NCBI GenBank assembly: GCA_044440125.1 | Contig: JBITAJ010000015.1 | Coordinates: forward strand, 96,001 to 160,000 | DNA: 64,000 bases | Direction of reading: 5' to 3' | Source of the DNA: Sedimentisphaeraceae bacterium JB056 | GTDB taxonomy: Bacteria > Planctomycetota > Phycisphaerae > Sedimentisphaerales > Sedimentisphaeraceae | Shown: positions 47,201 to 56,602 of the stretch, one piece after another | Layout: every line of letters starts with the position of its first letter | Numbering within the stretch: the stretch's first letter is position 1 | Position numbers and translations under genes: made by a program | Notes under the pieces: model-generated | What the model was told of the DNA's origin: nothing | What the model saw: the letters and a program-made list of their open reading frames with translations, nothing else | Database searches by the model: none

Positions 47201-48721
47201 ACACCGATGAATGGTGTTATTGGTATGACTGACCTTCTTCTTGAAACGGAACTTTCCGAAGAACAGCAACGTTATGCGGAAATAGTACGTTCAAGTGGTA
47301 ATTCTATGCTAAGCCTTATTAACGAGATACTTGATTTTTCAAAAATCGAGGCTGATAAACTGGAACTGGAGGTTCTTGATTTTGATCTCAGAGAGCTTAT
47401 GGAGGAGACCTCTGAAATGCTTGCCTTCAGAGCTCAGGAAAAGAATGTCGAGCTTATCTGCCGAGTAGATCCTAATCTTCACACCAAGCTTCGAAGCGAT
47501 TTTGGCAGAATTAAGCAAGTATTGACCAATCTTGGAGGCAATGCAATAAAGTTTACTGAAAAGGGTGAGATTACAATCAGTGCATCTGCCGTAGATGAAA
47601 CTGATAATAAAGTTAAGATAAAGTTTGAGGTTAAAGATACTGGAATCGGTATACCTGAGGATAAAATCGGGCTTCTGTTTAATCCTTTTCAGCAAGTTGA
47701 TGATTCACACACAAGACGATTCAGTGGAACAGGACTGGGGCTTGCCATCTCAAAGAGGCTTTCAGGGATGCTTGGCGGGGATATTGGTGTAGAGAGTGTA
47801 GAAGGAAAAGGGTCTACTTTCTGGTTTACGGCTGAGTGTGAGAAACAGCCGGGAGTCAAAAGTGTTGAATGTGAGAGCCTTGCCAACTTAAAGGGGGTAA
47901 GGGTACTTGTTGTTGATGACAATGTATCAAATTGTGAGGTACTCGGTGAACAGCTTTCTATTTGGGGGGCAAAATGCGAGTATTGCTATAATGCAGTGGA
48001 TGTTATTGATAGTTTACTTAAAGCCAAATCACATAAAATCCCTTATAAAGTTGTTATTGTTGATATTCAGATGCCCTACATTGATGGTGCAAGTATAGGC
48101 AAAAAAATCAAAAGCAACCCGGCTTTAAATGATACAAGCCTTATTATGATGACTGCTCCCGGCAAAACTGAAGGTACAGTAAAATTTAATAAGGATGGTT
48201 TTGAAGGTTATCTTGCAAAACCCATAAAGCAGGCGAGTCTTAATGAATGCCTGTCCAAAATATTAGGGCGTTCGAGCAGTCAGGTCAATTCTGTTCAGAA
48301 AGTTTCATTCTCCAGCAGTCTTGAGTTATCGCAGGAAAGACGCGAAGAAATAAAGATATTGCTTGCTGAGGATAATCCAATAAACCAGAAAGTTGCTATT
48401 GGAATGCTCAAAAAGCTCGGGCTTAGCACTGACGCAGTAGTTAATGGACGTGATGCCGTTGAGGCGGCAGAGCAGAAATTCTATGATCTCGTATTCATGG
48501 ATATACAAATGCCTGTTATGGACGGACTTGCGGCAACTGATGCTATAAGAAAGTCAAGCCAGAGCAATCCGACCAAGCCTGATGTGCCTATAATAGCTAT
48601 GACTGCTAATGCTATTAAAGGTGATCGCGAGAAGTGTCTTGATGCAGGAATGGATGATTACATACCAAAACCTGTAATGCTTCCTGTTTTGGCCGAGATG
48701 CTCAATAAATGGCTTAAATAG
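44219..48721 (+). CDS. Hybrid sensor histidine kinase (Cache-like plus CHASE sensors, three PAS, HisKA, HATPase, two REC)
   Basis: GPYTDEY; YYPVLYVEP..GFD (CHASE); SIGDAVIATD and two further PAS domains; FLANISHEIRTPMNG; GTGLGLAI; VLVVDDN and ILLAEDN receivers. Confidence 0.93.
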   Translation: MKGFCKSYSKKWVCLTILACFILGLGWLAAAWRADSAEFKLKNEILQQATEIALTIDPSLASQLSFTVDDKRNPAFEQIRQQLIAYRRLRPQSPIYSMALKGNDIVFGPESYIQEENKARSSRMGVIYRKPDAKLYEAFDTAEAMIVGPYTDEYSTSISAFAPVLDPKTEQVLMVVGVDMMAEQWNLQINEAKKSPILATAILLIVVFLGAILIWYRDKLDLSEKHKLQHIETLLAATICLMLTVYATKIAFEVSENSRKDNFLKYSKARADSIREAFHEVDFNIDSLGRLYEYENDISRQAFREFTLPMTKSAEIGSYQWIPVIPYEKRPIIENNLREEGDKDFSIWQNDSSGQKTAADRKVAYYPVLYVEPIEDNKNIFGFDVGSQSIFAAAIDKASKTGLETATDPVDILSSEKSTMVFRPVFKSSSKDSTRRYTRIPVGFIGAELKIQKMLESNIRSNVSQAALVHTDMLDVMSHRPVFVASSQELDSKRQQLWDRQNYDLYHITPIFAFDRTFAIISHPSDVFYSQNPPIMVWIVALTGIAITVILTSFIKFLRSRHAVLENQVRQRTEQIREREERLSTTLNSIGDAVIATDTEGYITRMNPVAEQLTGWDFEEAKGAELKSIFSIYDATTLQPLNDPVSRVLSSGDLIGLANHTTLFARNGTRYQIGHSASPIRDPAGNIQGVVLVFRDVTGQYNMRKMIEESEARYRTLANSGQALVWTSGIDKKYDYFNEPWLKFTNRTMEEEVGYGWQEGIHSEDLENRKRIYEDSFDNRQKFTVDYRLLRYDGKYRWIQDSGTPRYDSHGKFIGYIGHCLDITARKIAEENLERSERRLLLATKGAGIGIWDYDVKSDFLEWNDQMFEIYGLNPKSFNNRFEDWKSTVVKEDIDATIKKFKAALRGECEFNVEFNIKRPDGGRRCVKGIAVVNWDKEGRPVRIVGVNYDTTELHKANSELKKAVQRAEKMAIEAQAANIAKGQFLANISHEIRTPMNGVIGMTDLLLETELSEEQQRYAEIVRSSGNSMLSLINEILDFSKIEADKLELEVLDFDLRELMEETSEMLAFRAQEKNVELICRVDPNLHTKLRSDFGRIKQVLTNLGGNAIKFTEKGEITISASAVDETDNKVKIKFEVKDTGIGIPEDKIGLLFNPFQQVDDSHTRRFSGTGLGLAISKRLSGMLGGDIGVESVEGKGSTFWFTAECEKQPGVKSVECESLANLKGVRVLVVDDNVSNCEVLGEQLSIWGAKCEYCYNAVDVIDSLLKAKSHKIPYKVVIVDIQMPYIDGASIGKKIKSNPALNDTSLIMMTAPGKTEGTVKFNKDGFEGYLAKPIKQASLNECLSKILGRSSSQVNSVQKVSFSSSLELSQERREEIKILLAEDNPINQKVAIGMLKKLGLSTDAVVNGRDAVEAAEQKFYDLVFMDIQMPVMDGLAATDAIRKSSQSNPTKPDVPIIAMTANAIKGDREKCLDAGMDDYIPKPVMLPVLAEMLNKWLK

Positions 48722-48727
48722 TTTTTT

Positions 48728-49576
48728 CTAAACAAGGCTCTTGTGCCAGACATTCATGCTTTCGATGCTGCCGGCTATATTTGTATTGTTAATAAGTCTG
48801 CCGCCATAACTATACCCAAGCTTTGCAAATGTGATATTCATACCTGGAGATACGGCTCTTGCAATAGTGTAAGCAGTTTTAATACCTATCTGTTTTGTAT
48901 ACTTTTCCATTTCAGTGAGAAGGTGAACTGCGAATCCTTTTCCTCTACGATCAGGAAGTGTTGCAAAGTCAGTCATTTCAACGCTTTGTGATTTCTCGTC
49001 CATTTCTGCTGAAGCTAGAGCAATTAACTCATTGTCTTTTTCAATTCCAAAGTAAGCAACGTGAGATTCCATTGTTTCAAGCAGATAGTTCGGGTCATTA
49101 ATGGGGAAGGGGTAGGTGGCAAATACCTTCGAATAGATTTTCGCCATTTCCTCAACATCAGACTCGGTACATTTTCTCAGCTTATAGTCCTCTGATAGGG
49201 CTTGGCCTGTTCCATTTCCTGCTTTGCTGTTCGATAATTTAACTATGCCTTCAAGTTCATCATGCTGCTGCTCAACTTTTCGGTCTTCTTCAAGATAGTA
49301 TCCAAACATAAGAGCATCTTCTTTGCCATTATACATCTTGGGTATAGTTGCTTCTGCATCAAAACCGTTAACAATAAATGGTTCAGATTCAGACAATGGT
49401 ACTTTTGTGAATATCTTGGAGTAATTTTGTTCCTCAGCGATTTCAAGCAAAGTTGGAATCAAAGATTCGCAGTCGGAGTCACCCAACTTCATCAAGTATA
49501 TTCTGTCACTGAGAGAGCCATGCTGAATTGTTGCTCCCTCTACTTGTTCTATAACGTCAAGTTGTACATCTATCAT
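48728..49576 (-). CDS. ablB: Beta-lysine N6-acetyltransferase
   Basis: RIYLMK, KIFTKVP, YSKVFATYPFPI, EMTDFATLP..RGKG, YTIARA.S.GMN..F, LINNTNIAG.IESMNVW; in an operon with ablA. Confidence 0.92.
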   Translation of the reverse strand: MIDVQLDVIEQVEGATIQHGSLSDRIYLMKLGDSDCESLIPTLLEIAEEQNYSKIFTKVPLSESEPFIVNGFDAEATIPKMYNGKEDALMFGYYLEEDRKVEQQHDELEGIVKLSNSKAGNGTGQALSEDYKLRKCTESDVEEMAKIYSKVFATYPFPINDPNYLLETMESHVAYFGIEKDNELIALASAEMDEKSQSVEMTDFATLPDRRGKGFAVHLLTEMEKYTKQIGIKTAYTIARAVSPGMNITFAKLGYSYGGRLINNTNIAGSIESMNVWHKSLV

Positions 49577-49587
49577 TTTAAGTCCTT

Positions 49588-51018
49588 TTATATTTTATCT
49601 TTATCGGGAAATACGAAAGATAATGTCACGTAGAGTAATAATGAAATCCCTATTCCGTAAATACTTAGATCCAATCCGTTACTTTTAAGGCAGTCTGGAA
49701 TAGGACAGAAACCTGTCATCAGGAGGATTGTTGTCAGTCCGCCGCCAAGCATTGCCGCAAGGGCCGCGATACTGCTGCCGCGTTTCCAAAAGAAAGCTCC
49801 CAGTGTTGGTATGAATAACCCGGATACCATAAATGCGTAAGCGTAGAGGATAGCATCCAGTACCATTTTGAATTGAGCGGCAAGAACAACAGCTAACGTT
49901 CCTATTATGAAGGTTGCTACCATTGAAAGTTTTATCGATTGTTTTGCATTCAGGTTAAAACAGTACCTTTCAAGCAGATCGTTAACCAAGTTTCCAGAAG
50001 AAGCCATCAGGCAGCTGTCCGCAGTCGACATGATAGCGGAAAAATAGGAAGCGATAACTATTCCGGTTACTCCAATCGGTAATATATCCCGAACGAGCAT
50101 TGGCAGGGCCATCTCCGCTTCTGCATCAGGAAATACTACTCTGGCGCACATTCCGAGGAAAACTCCAGTGAAGGCCATTATCGGATATTCAAAAATACCT
50201 GCTATGTACCAGGCTTTTTTAGCTTCTTTCTCATCTTTACATGCATACATTCTCTGGTATAGTGTCATTCCGACAAACCATATAGGTATTATTGTTACCA
50301 TCCAGTTTATGAATGTTGATAATTCTATATTTGTCATCGAAAAATGACTTTTTGGCAGATTATCCTTTAATGCCTGTAAACCTCCTATTTTATAGAGTGT
50401 TACAGGGATTGTTACGAAGATTAAACCGCAAAGTAATATCAGCCACTGTATTGTGTCAGTGTATATCACTGCTTTAAGACCGCCTATCACAGTATATAAT
50501 ATAGTTATGGCAGCAATCACGACAAGTGCGAATAATATAGGGTCCATGCCAAAAGGGCTCTTGGGCAGTATTGTAGCTGATGCAAGTTTAGCACCTGCAA
50601 GCATTTGTGCGCCTGTGAAACCTAAATAGCCGATTCCTGAAATTATAGCCGCCATAAAAGCCACTTTATTATTGTAGCGATTTCGCAGGAAGTCGGGGTA
50701 TGTCATCATTCCATGCTTTTCATCAACACGCTTGACCTTGGGTATTATAAGAACAGCCGATAACCATGCTCCGACAAGTCCGGTGAAAAGCAGCCAACTG
50801 CCGGAGAGTCCCATGGCAAAACCAACTCCGCCAAGTCCGATAGAGAAACCGCCACCGACATCTGTTGCTACAATTGATAAGCCTACATGGTGTGCTTTAA
50901 TTGAACGGGAACCTACATAGTAGTCTTCTGTGCTTTTATTCTTGCGAAAATGATAGATTCCTACGCTTAATACTCCTGCCATATAAAAGGCAAATATTAT
51001 GTAATCAACAATACTCAT
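49588..51018 (-). CDS. Sodium:solute symporter (SSS) family transporter
   Basis: [44 protein letters not shown] 51018 is preferred over TTG 51060, which abuts a hairpin. Confidence 0.9.
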   Translation of the reverse strand: MSIVDYIIFAFYMAGVLSVGIYHFRKNKSTEDYYVGSRSIKAHHVGLSIVATDVGGGFSIGLGGVGFAMGLSGSWLLFTGLVGAWLSAVLIIPKVKRVDEKHGMMTYPDFLRNRYNNKVAFMAAIISGIGYLGFTGAQMLAGAKLASATILPKSPFGMDPILFALVVIAAITILYTVIGGLKAVIYTDTIQWLILLCGLIFVTIPVTLYKIGGLQALKDNLPKSHFSMTNIELSTFINWMVTIIPIWFVGMTLYQRMYACKDEKEAKKAWYIAGIFEYPIMAFTGVFLGMCARVVFPDAEAEMALPMLVRDILPIGVTGIVIASYFSAIMSTADSCLMASSGNLVNDLLERYCFNLNAKQSIKLSMVATFIIGTLAVVLAAQFKMVLDAILYAYAFMVSGLFIPTLGAFFWKRGSSIAALAAMLGGGLTTILLMTGFCPIPDCLKSNGLDLSIYGIGISLLLYVTLSFVFPDKDKI

Positions 51019-51052
51019 TTTATCGGTTGAGCTCCAGTCTGAATTTGCGGTT

Positions 51053-51098
51053 AAAAACAAACCGTATTGGCTGGAGGTTAATTCCAGCCAATACGGTT
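51053..51098 (-). terminator. Intra-operonic hairpin/terminator after ablA
   Basis: Perfect 16-bp stem AACCGTATTGGCTGGA / TCCAGCCAATACGGTT, followed on the minus strand by TGTTTTT. Confidence 0.7.
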
Positions 51099-51122
51099 AT
51101 TATATTCTTTATTATGTAGTTA

Positions 51123-52427
51123 CTAATCTCTACGTGAATGTCTTTCATTACTGTCTGGTACGAGTGAAATTGTTTTGTCATGGTCACAAAGCAATTTCTG
51201 AATTCCTAATGATTTCCATTCATCGGCATCATCTACAGCAAGCTGCAAGTCACACTCATCGCAGTCTCTGTCGCAGAAGATAGGTTCATAAGAATCAGGT
51301 TCCTTGTATGTTGTTATAACACCTTCATAATTACGAAGGATGACTTTGTTTGTAGACCATGATATAAGATAATTAGGCATAACAGGTATTTTACCGCCAC
51401 CGCCAGGGGCGTCAATAACATAAGTCGGTATACAGAATCCGCTTGTATGACCAATCAGATTTTCCAGTATCTCAATACCTTTGCCTACTGGTGTGCGGAA
51501 ATGGCTTAAGCCTTCCGAGAGGTCGCATTGATAGAGGTAGTATGGACGAACTCTGTTTGCAACAAGTTTGTGAACCAACGCTCTCATTATACGCGGGCAA
51601 TCGTTAATACCTGCAAGAAGCACAGACTGATTGCCAAGTGGTATTCCAGCATCGGCAAGTCTCTTTAGTGCTGTTCTTGAAGAATTAGTCAATTCCCTTG
51701 GATGATTGAAATGCGTATTTATCCATATCGGGTGATGTTTTTTAAGCATATTAACCAAGTTGTCGGTTATTCTGTAAGGCAGAACGACAGGTGTCCTTGT
51801 ACCAATACGAATAACCTCAACATGTTCAATAGCGGTTAGTTCAGTGAGTATCCAGTCAAGATAATTATCTGAAAGCAGGAATGGGTCGCCGCCGCTTAGA
51901 AGCACATCGCGAATTTGAGGATTTGCTTTGATGTATTCAATTCCAGCCATTATCTGCTGACGATCGGGGATACTGTCAACATCGCCTACACGGCGTTTAC
52001 GCGTGCAGTGACGGCAGTACATTGCGCATGTGTTACTTACAAGAAGAAGTACGCGGTCGGGATAACGATGTGTTATTCCAGGCACGGGGCTGTCCTCGTC
52101 TTCATGAAGCGGATCGGACATGTCACACTTCTTGTGTATCAATTCACTGGGAGAGGGAAAAGCCTGCTTAAAGACAGGATCGTTTTCCAAATCATCAGTA
52201 TTAATCAACGACAGATAATAAGGTGTAATTGACAGAGGAAAACGGTTTATTGTTTCCTCGTATTGCTTTCTTTTTTCTTCTGAAAATTTGATATCCAGAA
52301 GTTCTTCAAATGTATCGATATCATGTATACAGTTTCTATTTTGCCACTTCCAATCGTGCCACATTGATATTGCGGCATCATCGTCTATCGCTTGAAATAT
52401 TGATTCTTGTGCATTACTTAATTTCAT
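51123..52427 (-). CDS. ablA: Lysine 2,3-aminomutase (radical SAM/PLP)
   Basis: [54 protein letters not shown] (KamA/AblA family). Confidence 0.95.
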   Translation of the reverse strand: MKLSNAQESIFQAIDDDAAISMWHDWKWQNRNCIHDIDTFEELLDIKFSEEKRKQYEETINRFPLSITPYYLSLINTDDLENDPVFKQAFPSPSELIHKKCDMSDPLHEDEDSPVPGITHRYPDRVLLLVSNTCAMYCRHCTRKRRVGDVDSIPDRQQIMAGIEYIKANPQIRDVLLSGGDPFLLSDNYLDWILTELTAIEHVEVIRIGTRTPVVLPYRITDNLVNMLKKHHPIWINTHFNHPRELTNSSRTALKRLADAGIPLGNQSVLLAGINDCPRIMRALVHKLVANRVRPYYLYQCDLSEGLSHFRTPVGKGIEILENLIGHTSGFCIPTYVIDAPGGGGKIPVMPNYLISWSTNKVILRNYEGVITTYKEPDSYEPIFCDRDCDECDLQLAVDDADEWKSLGIQKLLCDHDKTISLVPDSNERHSRRD

Positions 52428-52941
52428 TTTTACCTTTACTCATTTCGTTTAATGCTTCGCCGCCAAGTAAATTTGCAGAAGCATCTATGTTCTCGGCACC
52501 CATCATCTCAACTATTTTTTCAAGAGAGAGAGTCAGGGTTGCCTGCTCCAATGTTGTAAGCTCACAAAAAGATTTTGTAAAACGTTCCTGTAACAGGTTT
52601 GGCGATCGTTTTTTAGTCTCTAAACCTTTTTCCGTAATCTTTAACACTACCTTACGTCTATCCTGTGTAGACCGCGTTCTTGTAAGAAAACCTTTGATTT
52701 CAAGACGGTCAACTATTCCGTTAACCGTGCTTATACCAAGATTAATGTCTGATGCAAGCTCTGAGAGCGTCATCGATTCTTTCTTAGCAAGACTACACAG
52801 GCAAATCATCTGAGGGGCCGTTATATTCAGCTCTGTATTGAGCTTGCGGGAGTGAATATCTACCGCTCGAATAATTCTTCGCAAAGCGCGAAGAATACGA
52901 AACCCACTTGTTTCAAAAAAATCATCGTCATTTGTTTCCAA
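52414..52941 (-). CDS. MarR-family regulator, EctR-like
   Basis: [43 protein letters not shown]...EQ..L..SL....MMGAE.IDA; overlaps the ablA start by 14 nt. Confidence 0.9.
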   Translation of the reverse strand: METNDDDFFETSGFRILRALRRIIRAVDIHSRKLNTELNITAPQMICLCSLAKKESMTLSELASDINLGISTVNGIVDRLEIKGFLTRTRSTQDRRKVVLKITEKGLETKKRSPNLLQERFTKSFCELTTLEQATLTLSLEKIVEMMGAENIDASANLLGGEALNEMSKGKNEIK

Positions 52942-52991
52942 ATTCTGTCCCTTTAAATATAGTATGGAAATGATGATACAAACATCGAAAA

Positions 52992-53013
52992 AATGTTTCG
53001 TGTACGAAATATT
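52992..53013. promoter_or_regulatory. Candidate MarR/EctR operator
   Basis: AATGTTTCGT-GT-ACGAAATATT (9/10 inverted repeat) overlapping the -10 box and start region. Confidence 0.65.
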
Positions 53014-53038
53014 ATATGAAGAATCATAATGATTTCAA
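53011..53038 (-). promoter_or_regulatory. Sigma70-type promoter of the marR-ablA-SSS-ablB operon
   Basis: Minus strand TTGAAA (53038-53033), 16-nt spacer, TATAAT (53016-53011). Confidence 0.6.
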
Positions 53039-53406
53039 GCTTTTTTTGCTTTTTATGATTTGCGGCAGGGTAATAGGTTAAAGAAAAAGATGGTTTTTGT
53101 CTTTTAATCAAAGCTGCAGTGTGGGTTGAGAAAGTCGTCTGTTTTCAGCTATATTATAAGCTGTTTTTGGGAGAAGTCGGATTTCTGGTTTTGAAAAGCA
53201 TGGACCCTTTTACTCTTAAAATTGTTGTTTTCAGTAACATTTCAGAAGTATTCTTTTTTGTATTTTGCTTGTTATGCTTTTGGGCAGAAATGCCAAGCGT
53301 TCTTGTAAAGTTATTGAAAATAGTACTTTAAGTTATTCGACTTGTTTTAATGTGAAAAAATATAACAATATTTTTGATAAATACGAACATAAAGTTCTTG
53401 ATTAAG

Positions 53407-53433
53407 TATAATAACTTGATAATATTTTATCAA
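53407..53433 (+). promoter_or_regulatory. adhE -10 box and Rex-like palindrome
   Basis: TATAAT at 53407-53412 followed by TTGATAA-TATT-TTATCAA at 53416-53433. Confidence 0.5.
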
Positions 53434-53510
53434 TCACTTGGCTGTTTCCAGGTGTGCGGCGAATTAGAGAATTAAAATTTCGACTTATATTTTAAACAGG
53501 AGTAAAAACA

Positions 53511-56159
53511 ATGAAAGATGAACAGAAGAAAGTTGTTCAGGCAAAAACAGAAAAACCGGCAGTTACTAAACCGACGGCTTCTGTTTCATCTGACGAAGGT
53601 CTGGATATGCTTGAAAAAATCATCAAGAAAGCAAAGGAAGCACAAAGATTATATGCTACATTTACACAGGAGCAGGTTGATCTGATTTTTCAGAAGGCGG
53701 CTACCGCTGCCAATTGTGCCAGGATTCCTCTTGCTAAAATGGCAGCAGAAGAAACGGGTATGGGTATCCTTGAGGATAAGGTTATAAAGAACCATTTTGC
53801 CTCTGAGTTTGTATATAACAAATTTCGTGATACTAAGACCTGCGGTGTGGTTGAGCGTGATGAGGCCAGCGGTATTTATAAAGTAGCAGAACCGGTTGGC
53901 ATTGTTGCAGGTGTTGTGCCTACTACAAACCCGACATCAACAGCCATATTCAAATCTTTACTTGCTCTTAAGACAAGAAATGCGATAGTATTTTCTCCTC
54001 ATCCCCGAGCAAGCAGGTGTACAGCTGAAGCTGCCCGCATTGTAATGGAAGCGGCAGTTAAGGCAGGTGCTCCGGAAGGTTTGGTCGGCTGTATAGAAAA
54101 ACCGACTGTTGCTTTGAGTCAAGCTTTGATGACTCATCCTGATATTGCACTTATACTTGCAACCGGAGGACCGGGAATGGTTAAGGCTGCTTATAGTTCA
54201 GGAAAACCTGCTATAGGTGTTGGAAGTGGTAATACACCTGTAGTAATTGATGAGACTGCTGACATTGAGATGGCAGTAAGTTCTGTTCTTTTAAGTAAGA
54301 CGTTTGATAATGGTCTTATATGTGCGTCTGAGCAGGCTATTATTGTTTGCGGTGAAGTTTATGATAAGGTTAAGAAAGAGCTTGAGCTTCGCGGGGCACA
54401 TATTGTAAATGCTCAACAGAGAAAGAAATTAGCTGAAACAATTGTTATAGATGGCAAGTTGAACACAAATATTGTCGGGCAATCAGCTACAAAGATCGCA
54501 GAAATGGCCGGTTTCAAAGTAGACCCGGCAGCGAGAGTTCTTATTGCTGAAGCAGAAGTAATTGGTGAATCAGAACCTTTCAGTCGTGAAAAACTCTCTC
54601 CTGTATTGGCTATGTTCAAGGCAGATAATTTTGATGATGCAGTTGATAAGGCTGTTCAGATGGTATATTACGGCGGTATGGGACATACCTCTGTCCTTTA
54701 TACTGAACCATCTAATGATGAAAGAGTTGCAAAGTTTGGGCGGATGATGAAAACTGGAAGAACATTGCTTAATATGCCTTCTTCTCAGGGTGCTATCGGT
54801 GATCTTTACAACTTTAAGCTTGAGCCGTCTTTGACACTTGGCTGTGGAAGCTGGGGCGGTAACAGCGTTAGTGAAAACGTCGGGGTAAAACATTTGCTTA
54901 ATTATAAGACTGTAGCTGAAAGGCGGGAAAATATGCTTTGGTTCAGAGTACCACCCCAGGTTTATTTCAAGTATGGATGCCTTGAAATAGCACTTGGCGA
55001 ATTAGCCAAAAAGAAAAAGGCTGTTATTGTTACCGACAGACCGATTTTTGAACTTGGAATGACTGACAGAGTAACTGAAGTACTTGAGCAGATGGATATA
55101 GAGTATGAGATATTCTATGATGTAAACCCAGATCCTGACCTTACTACAGTCAGGAAAGGACTTGAGTTGATAAACAGCTTTAATCCTGATGTTATCATTG
55201 CTCTTGGCGGCGGTTCTCCGATTGATGCAGCAAAGATAATGTGGATGATGTATGAATACCCTGATATCCGTTTTAAAGATCTTGCGATGCGATTCATGGA
55301 TATTCGCAAGCGTATTGTAAAATTCCCGGAGATGGGTAAAAAGGCAAAGATGGTGGCGATTCCAACGACCAGTGGAACAGGTTCAGAAGTCACACCGTTT
55401 GCGGTAATAACCGATGATGCAGAAGGTATCAAGTATCCAATAGCGGATTATGAGCTTACGCCGGATATGGCTATTGTGGATGCCCAACTTGTCATGAGTA
55501 TGCCTCAGGGATTGACGGCTGCATCAGGGATTGATGCGGTAACTCATGCCTTCGAAGCTATCGTTGCAGTGACTGCAACTGACTATACTAACGGCCTTGC
55601 GATGGAAAGTTTAAGATTATTATTTAAATACTTGCCAACCGCATACAAAAATGGTAGAATCAACAAAAAGGCAAGGGAAAAAGTGCATAATGCTGCTACA
55701 ATGGCTGGAATGGCATTTGCTAACGCGTTCCTTGGGCTGTGTCATTCAATGGCACATAAGCTTGGATCTGCATTTCACATTCCGCACGGCGTGGCAAACG
55801 CGATTATGTTGCCTTATATAGTTAGGTTTAACGCAGTGGATGCCCCTGCAAAGCAGGCTGCTTTCGCACAGTATACTCATCCGGTTGCAATACTAAGGTA
55901 TGCAAGGATTGCGGATTATCTTGGGATTGGCGGCGACACTAATGAGCAGAAGATTGAGAATTTGATCAAAGCTTTTGAACAGCTCAGAGAAGAGCTTAAT
56001 GTGCCGGCAAGACTTAGGGACTGTGGCGTGAATGAGAAAGAGTTTAATATCGTACTTGATAATTTGAGTGAACAGGCCTTTGATGATCAGTGTACAGGCT
56101 GTAATCCGAGGTATCCTCTTATCAGTGAGATACGTGAACTTTATAAAGCGGCTTATTGA
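53511..56159 (+). CDS. adhE: Bifunctional acetaldehyde-CoA/alcohol dehydrogenase
   Basis: DKVIKNHFA, PTTNPTST, ATGGPGMV, ICASEQ, LTLGCGSWGGNS, ERRENMLWF linker, GGGSPIDAAK, TSGTGSEVTPF, CHSMAHK, FDDQCTGCNPR. Confidence 0.97.
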   Translation: MKDEQKKVVQAKTEKPAVTKPTASVSSDEGLDMLEKIIKKAKEAQRLYATFTQEQVDLIFQKAATAANCARIPLAKMAAEETGMGILEDKVIKNHFASEFVYNKFRDTKTCGVVERDEASGIYKVAEPVGIVAGVVPTTNPTSTAIFKSLLALKTRNAIVFSPHPRASRCTAEAARIVMEAAVKAGAPEGLVGCIEKPTVALSQALMTHPDIALILATGGPGMVKAAYSSGKPAIGVGSGNTPVVIDETADIEMAVSSVLLSKTFDNGLICASEQAIIVCGEVYDKVKKELELRGAHIVNAQQRKKLAETIVIDGKLNTNIVGQSATKIAEMAGFKVDPAARVLIAEAEVIGESEPFSREKLSPVLAMFKADNFDDAVDKAVQMVYYGGMGHTSVLYTEPSNDERVAKFGRMMKTGRTLLNMPSSQGAIGDLYNFKLEPSLTLGCGSWGGNSVSENVGVKHLLNYKTVAERRENMLWFRVPPQVYFKYGCLEIALGELAKKKKAVIVTDRPIFELGMTDRVTEVLEQMDIEYEIFYDVNPDPDLTTVRKGLELINSFNPDVIIALGGGSPIDAAKIMWMMYEYPDIRFKDLAMRFMDIRKRIVKFPEMGKKAKMVAIPTTSGTGSEVTPFAVITDDAEGIKYPIADYELTPDMAIVDAQLVMSMPQGLTAASGIDAVTHAFEAIVAVTATDYTNGLAMESLRLLFKYLPTAYKNGRINKKAREKVHNAATMAGMAFANAFLGLCHSMAHKLGSAFHIPHGVANAIMLPYIVRFNAVDAPAKQAAFAQYTHPVAILRYARIADYLGIGGDTNEQKIENLIKAFEQLREELNVPARLRDCGVNEKEFNIVLDNLSEQAFDDQCTGCNPRYPLISEIRELYKAAY

Positions 56160-56220
56160 TATTGACAACCCAATACTGCTGCGTATGCAATGTACGCGGC
56201 GTACCTTCTATTTTCCGCAC

Positions 56221-56260
56221 ACCTGGTTGGAGAGTTAAAACTCCAACCAGGTACTCTTTT
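56221..56260 (+). terminator. Rho-independent terminator after adhE
   Basis: ACCTGGTTGGAG-AGTTAAAA-CTCCAACCAGGT then ACTCTTTT. Confidence 0.7.
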
Positions 56261-56602
56261 GTCTATTTTTATGCTTAAGTTGGAGAAGTCTGGGATATGG
56301 ATTATTCATGAAGTTGTGTGTGTGAATGCTGAAAAACGTAATTAATTATGTTTGGTTTTTTAACTGGAAAGTCTTGTAAAGAAATTAATATAAATTGATT
56401 CACAAAAAAGTATTTGACAGAACTTGTTCTGTTTTTTGACGTTTTCAGAGCGTATAAAGTAAGTATTTTGAAAGAAATATTTTTAGTTTTAAATCGTTGA
56501 TACAAAATGTCTTAAGGTATAAAGGAAGGCACCTCTTTATCTTATTATTATTTTGTATTTATTTGTTGTTAACTTACTATTTTTTTATTATTCTATACTA
56601 TT

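Noticed and set aside
46250..47269. 339-aa antisense ORF within the hybrid kinase
   Set aside because: Ile/Phe-rich mirror of the sense codons with no motifs; typical shadow ORF.
51123..52427. Lysine fermentation kamA or EF-P modification epmB
   Set aside because: The adjacent ablB and the absence of kamDE/kdd or efp/epmA favour osmolyte synthesis.
53119..53331. 70-aa hydrophobic ORF between marR and adhE
   Set aside because: GTG start with no clear RBS, T-rich intergenic composition, and it lies between two promoter regions.
53416..53433. FNR box upstream of adhE
   Set aside because: TTGAT and ATCAA are 8 nt apart rather than the 4 nt of FNR sites; a 7-4-7 Rex-like layout fits better.
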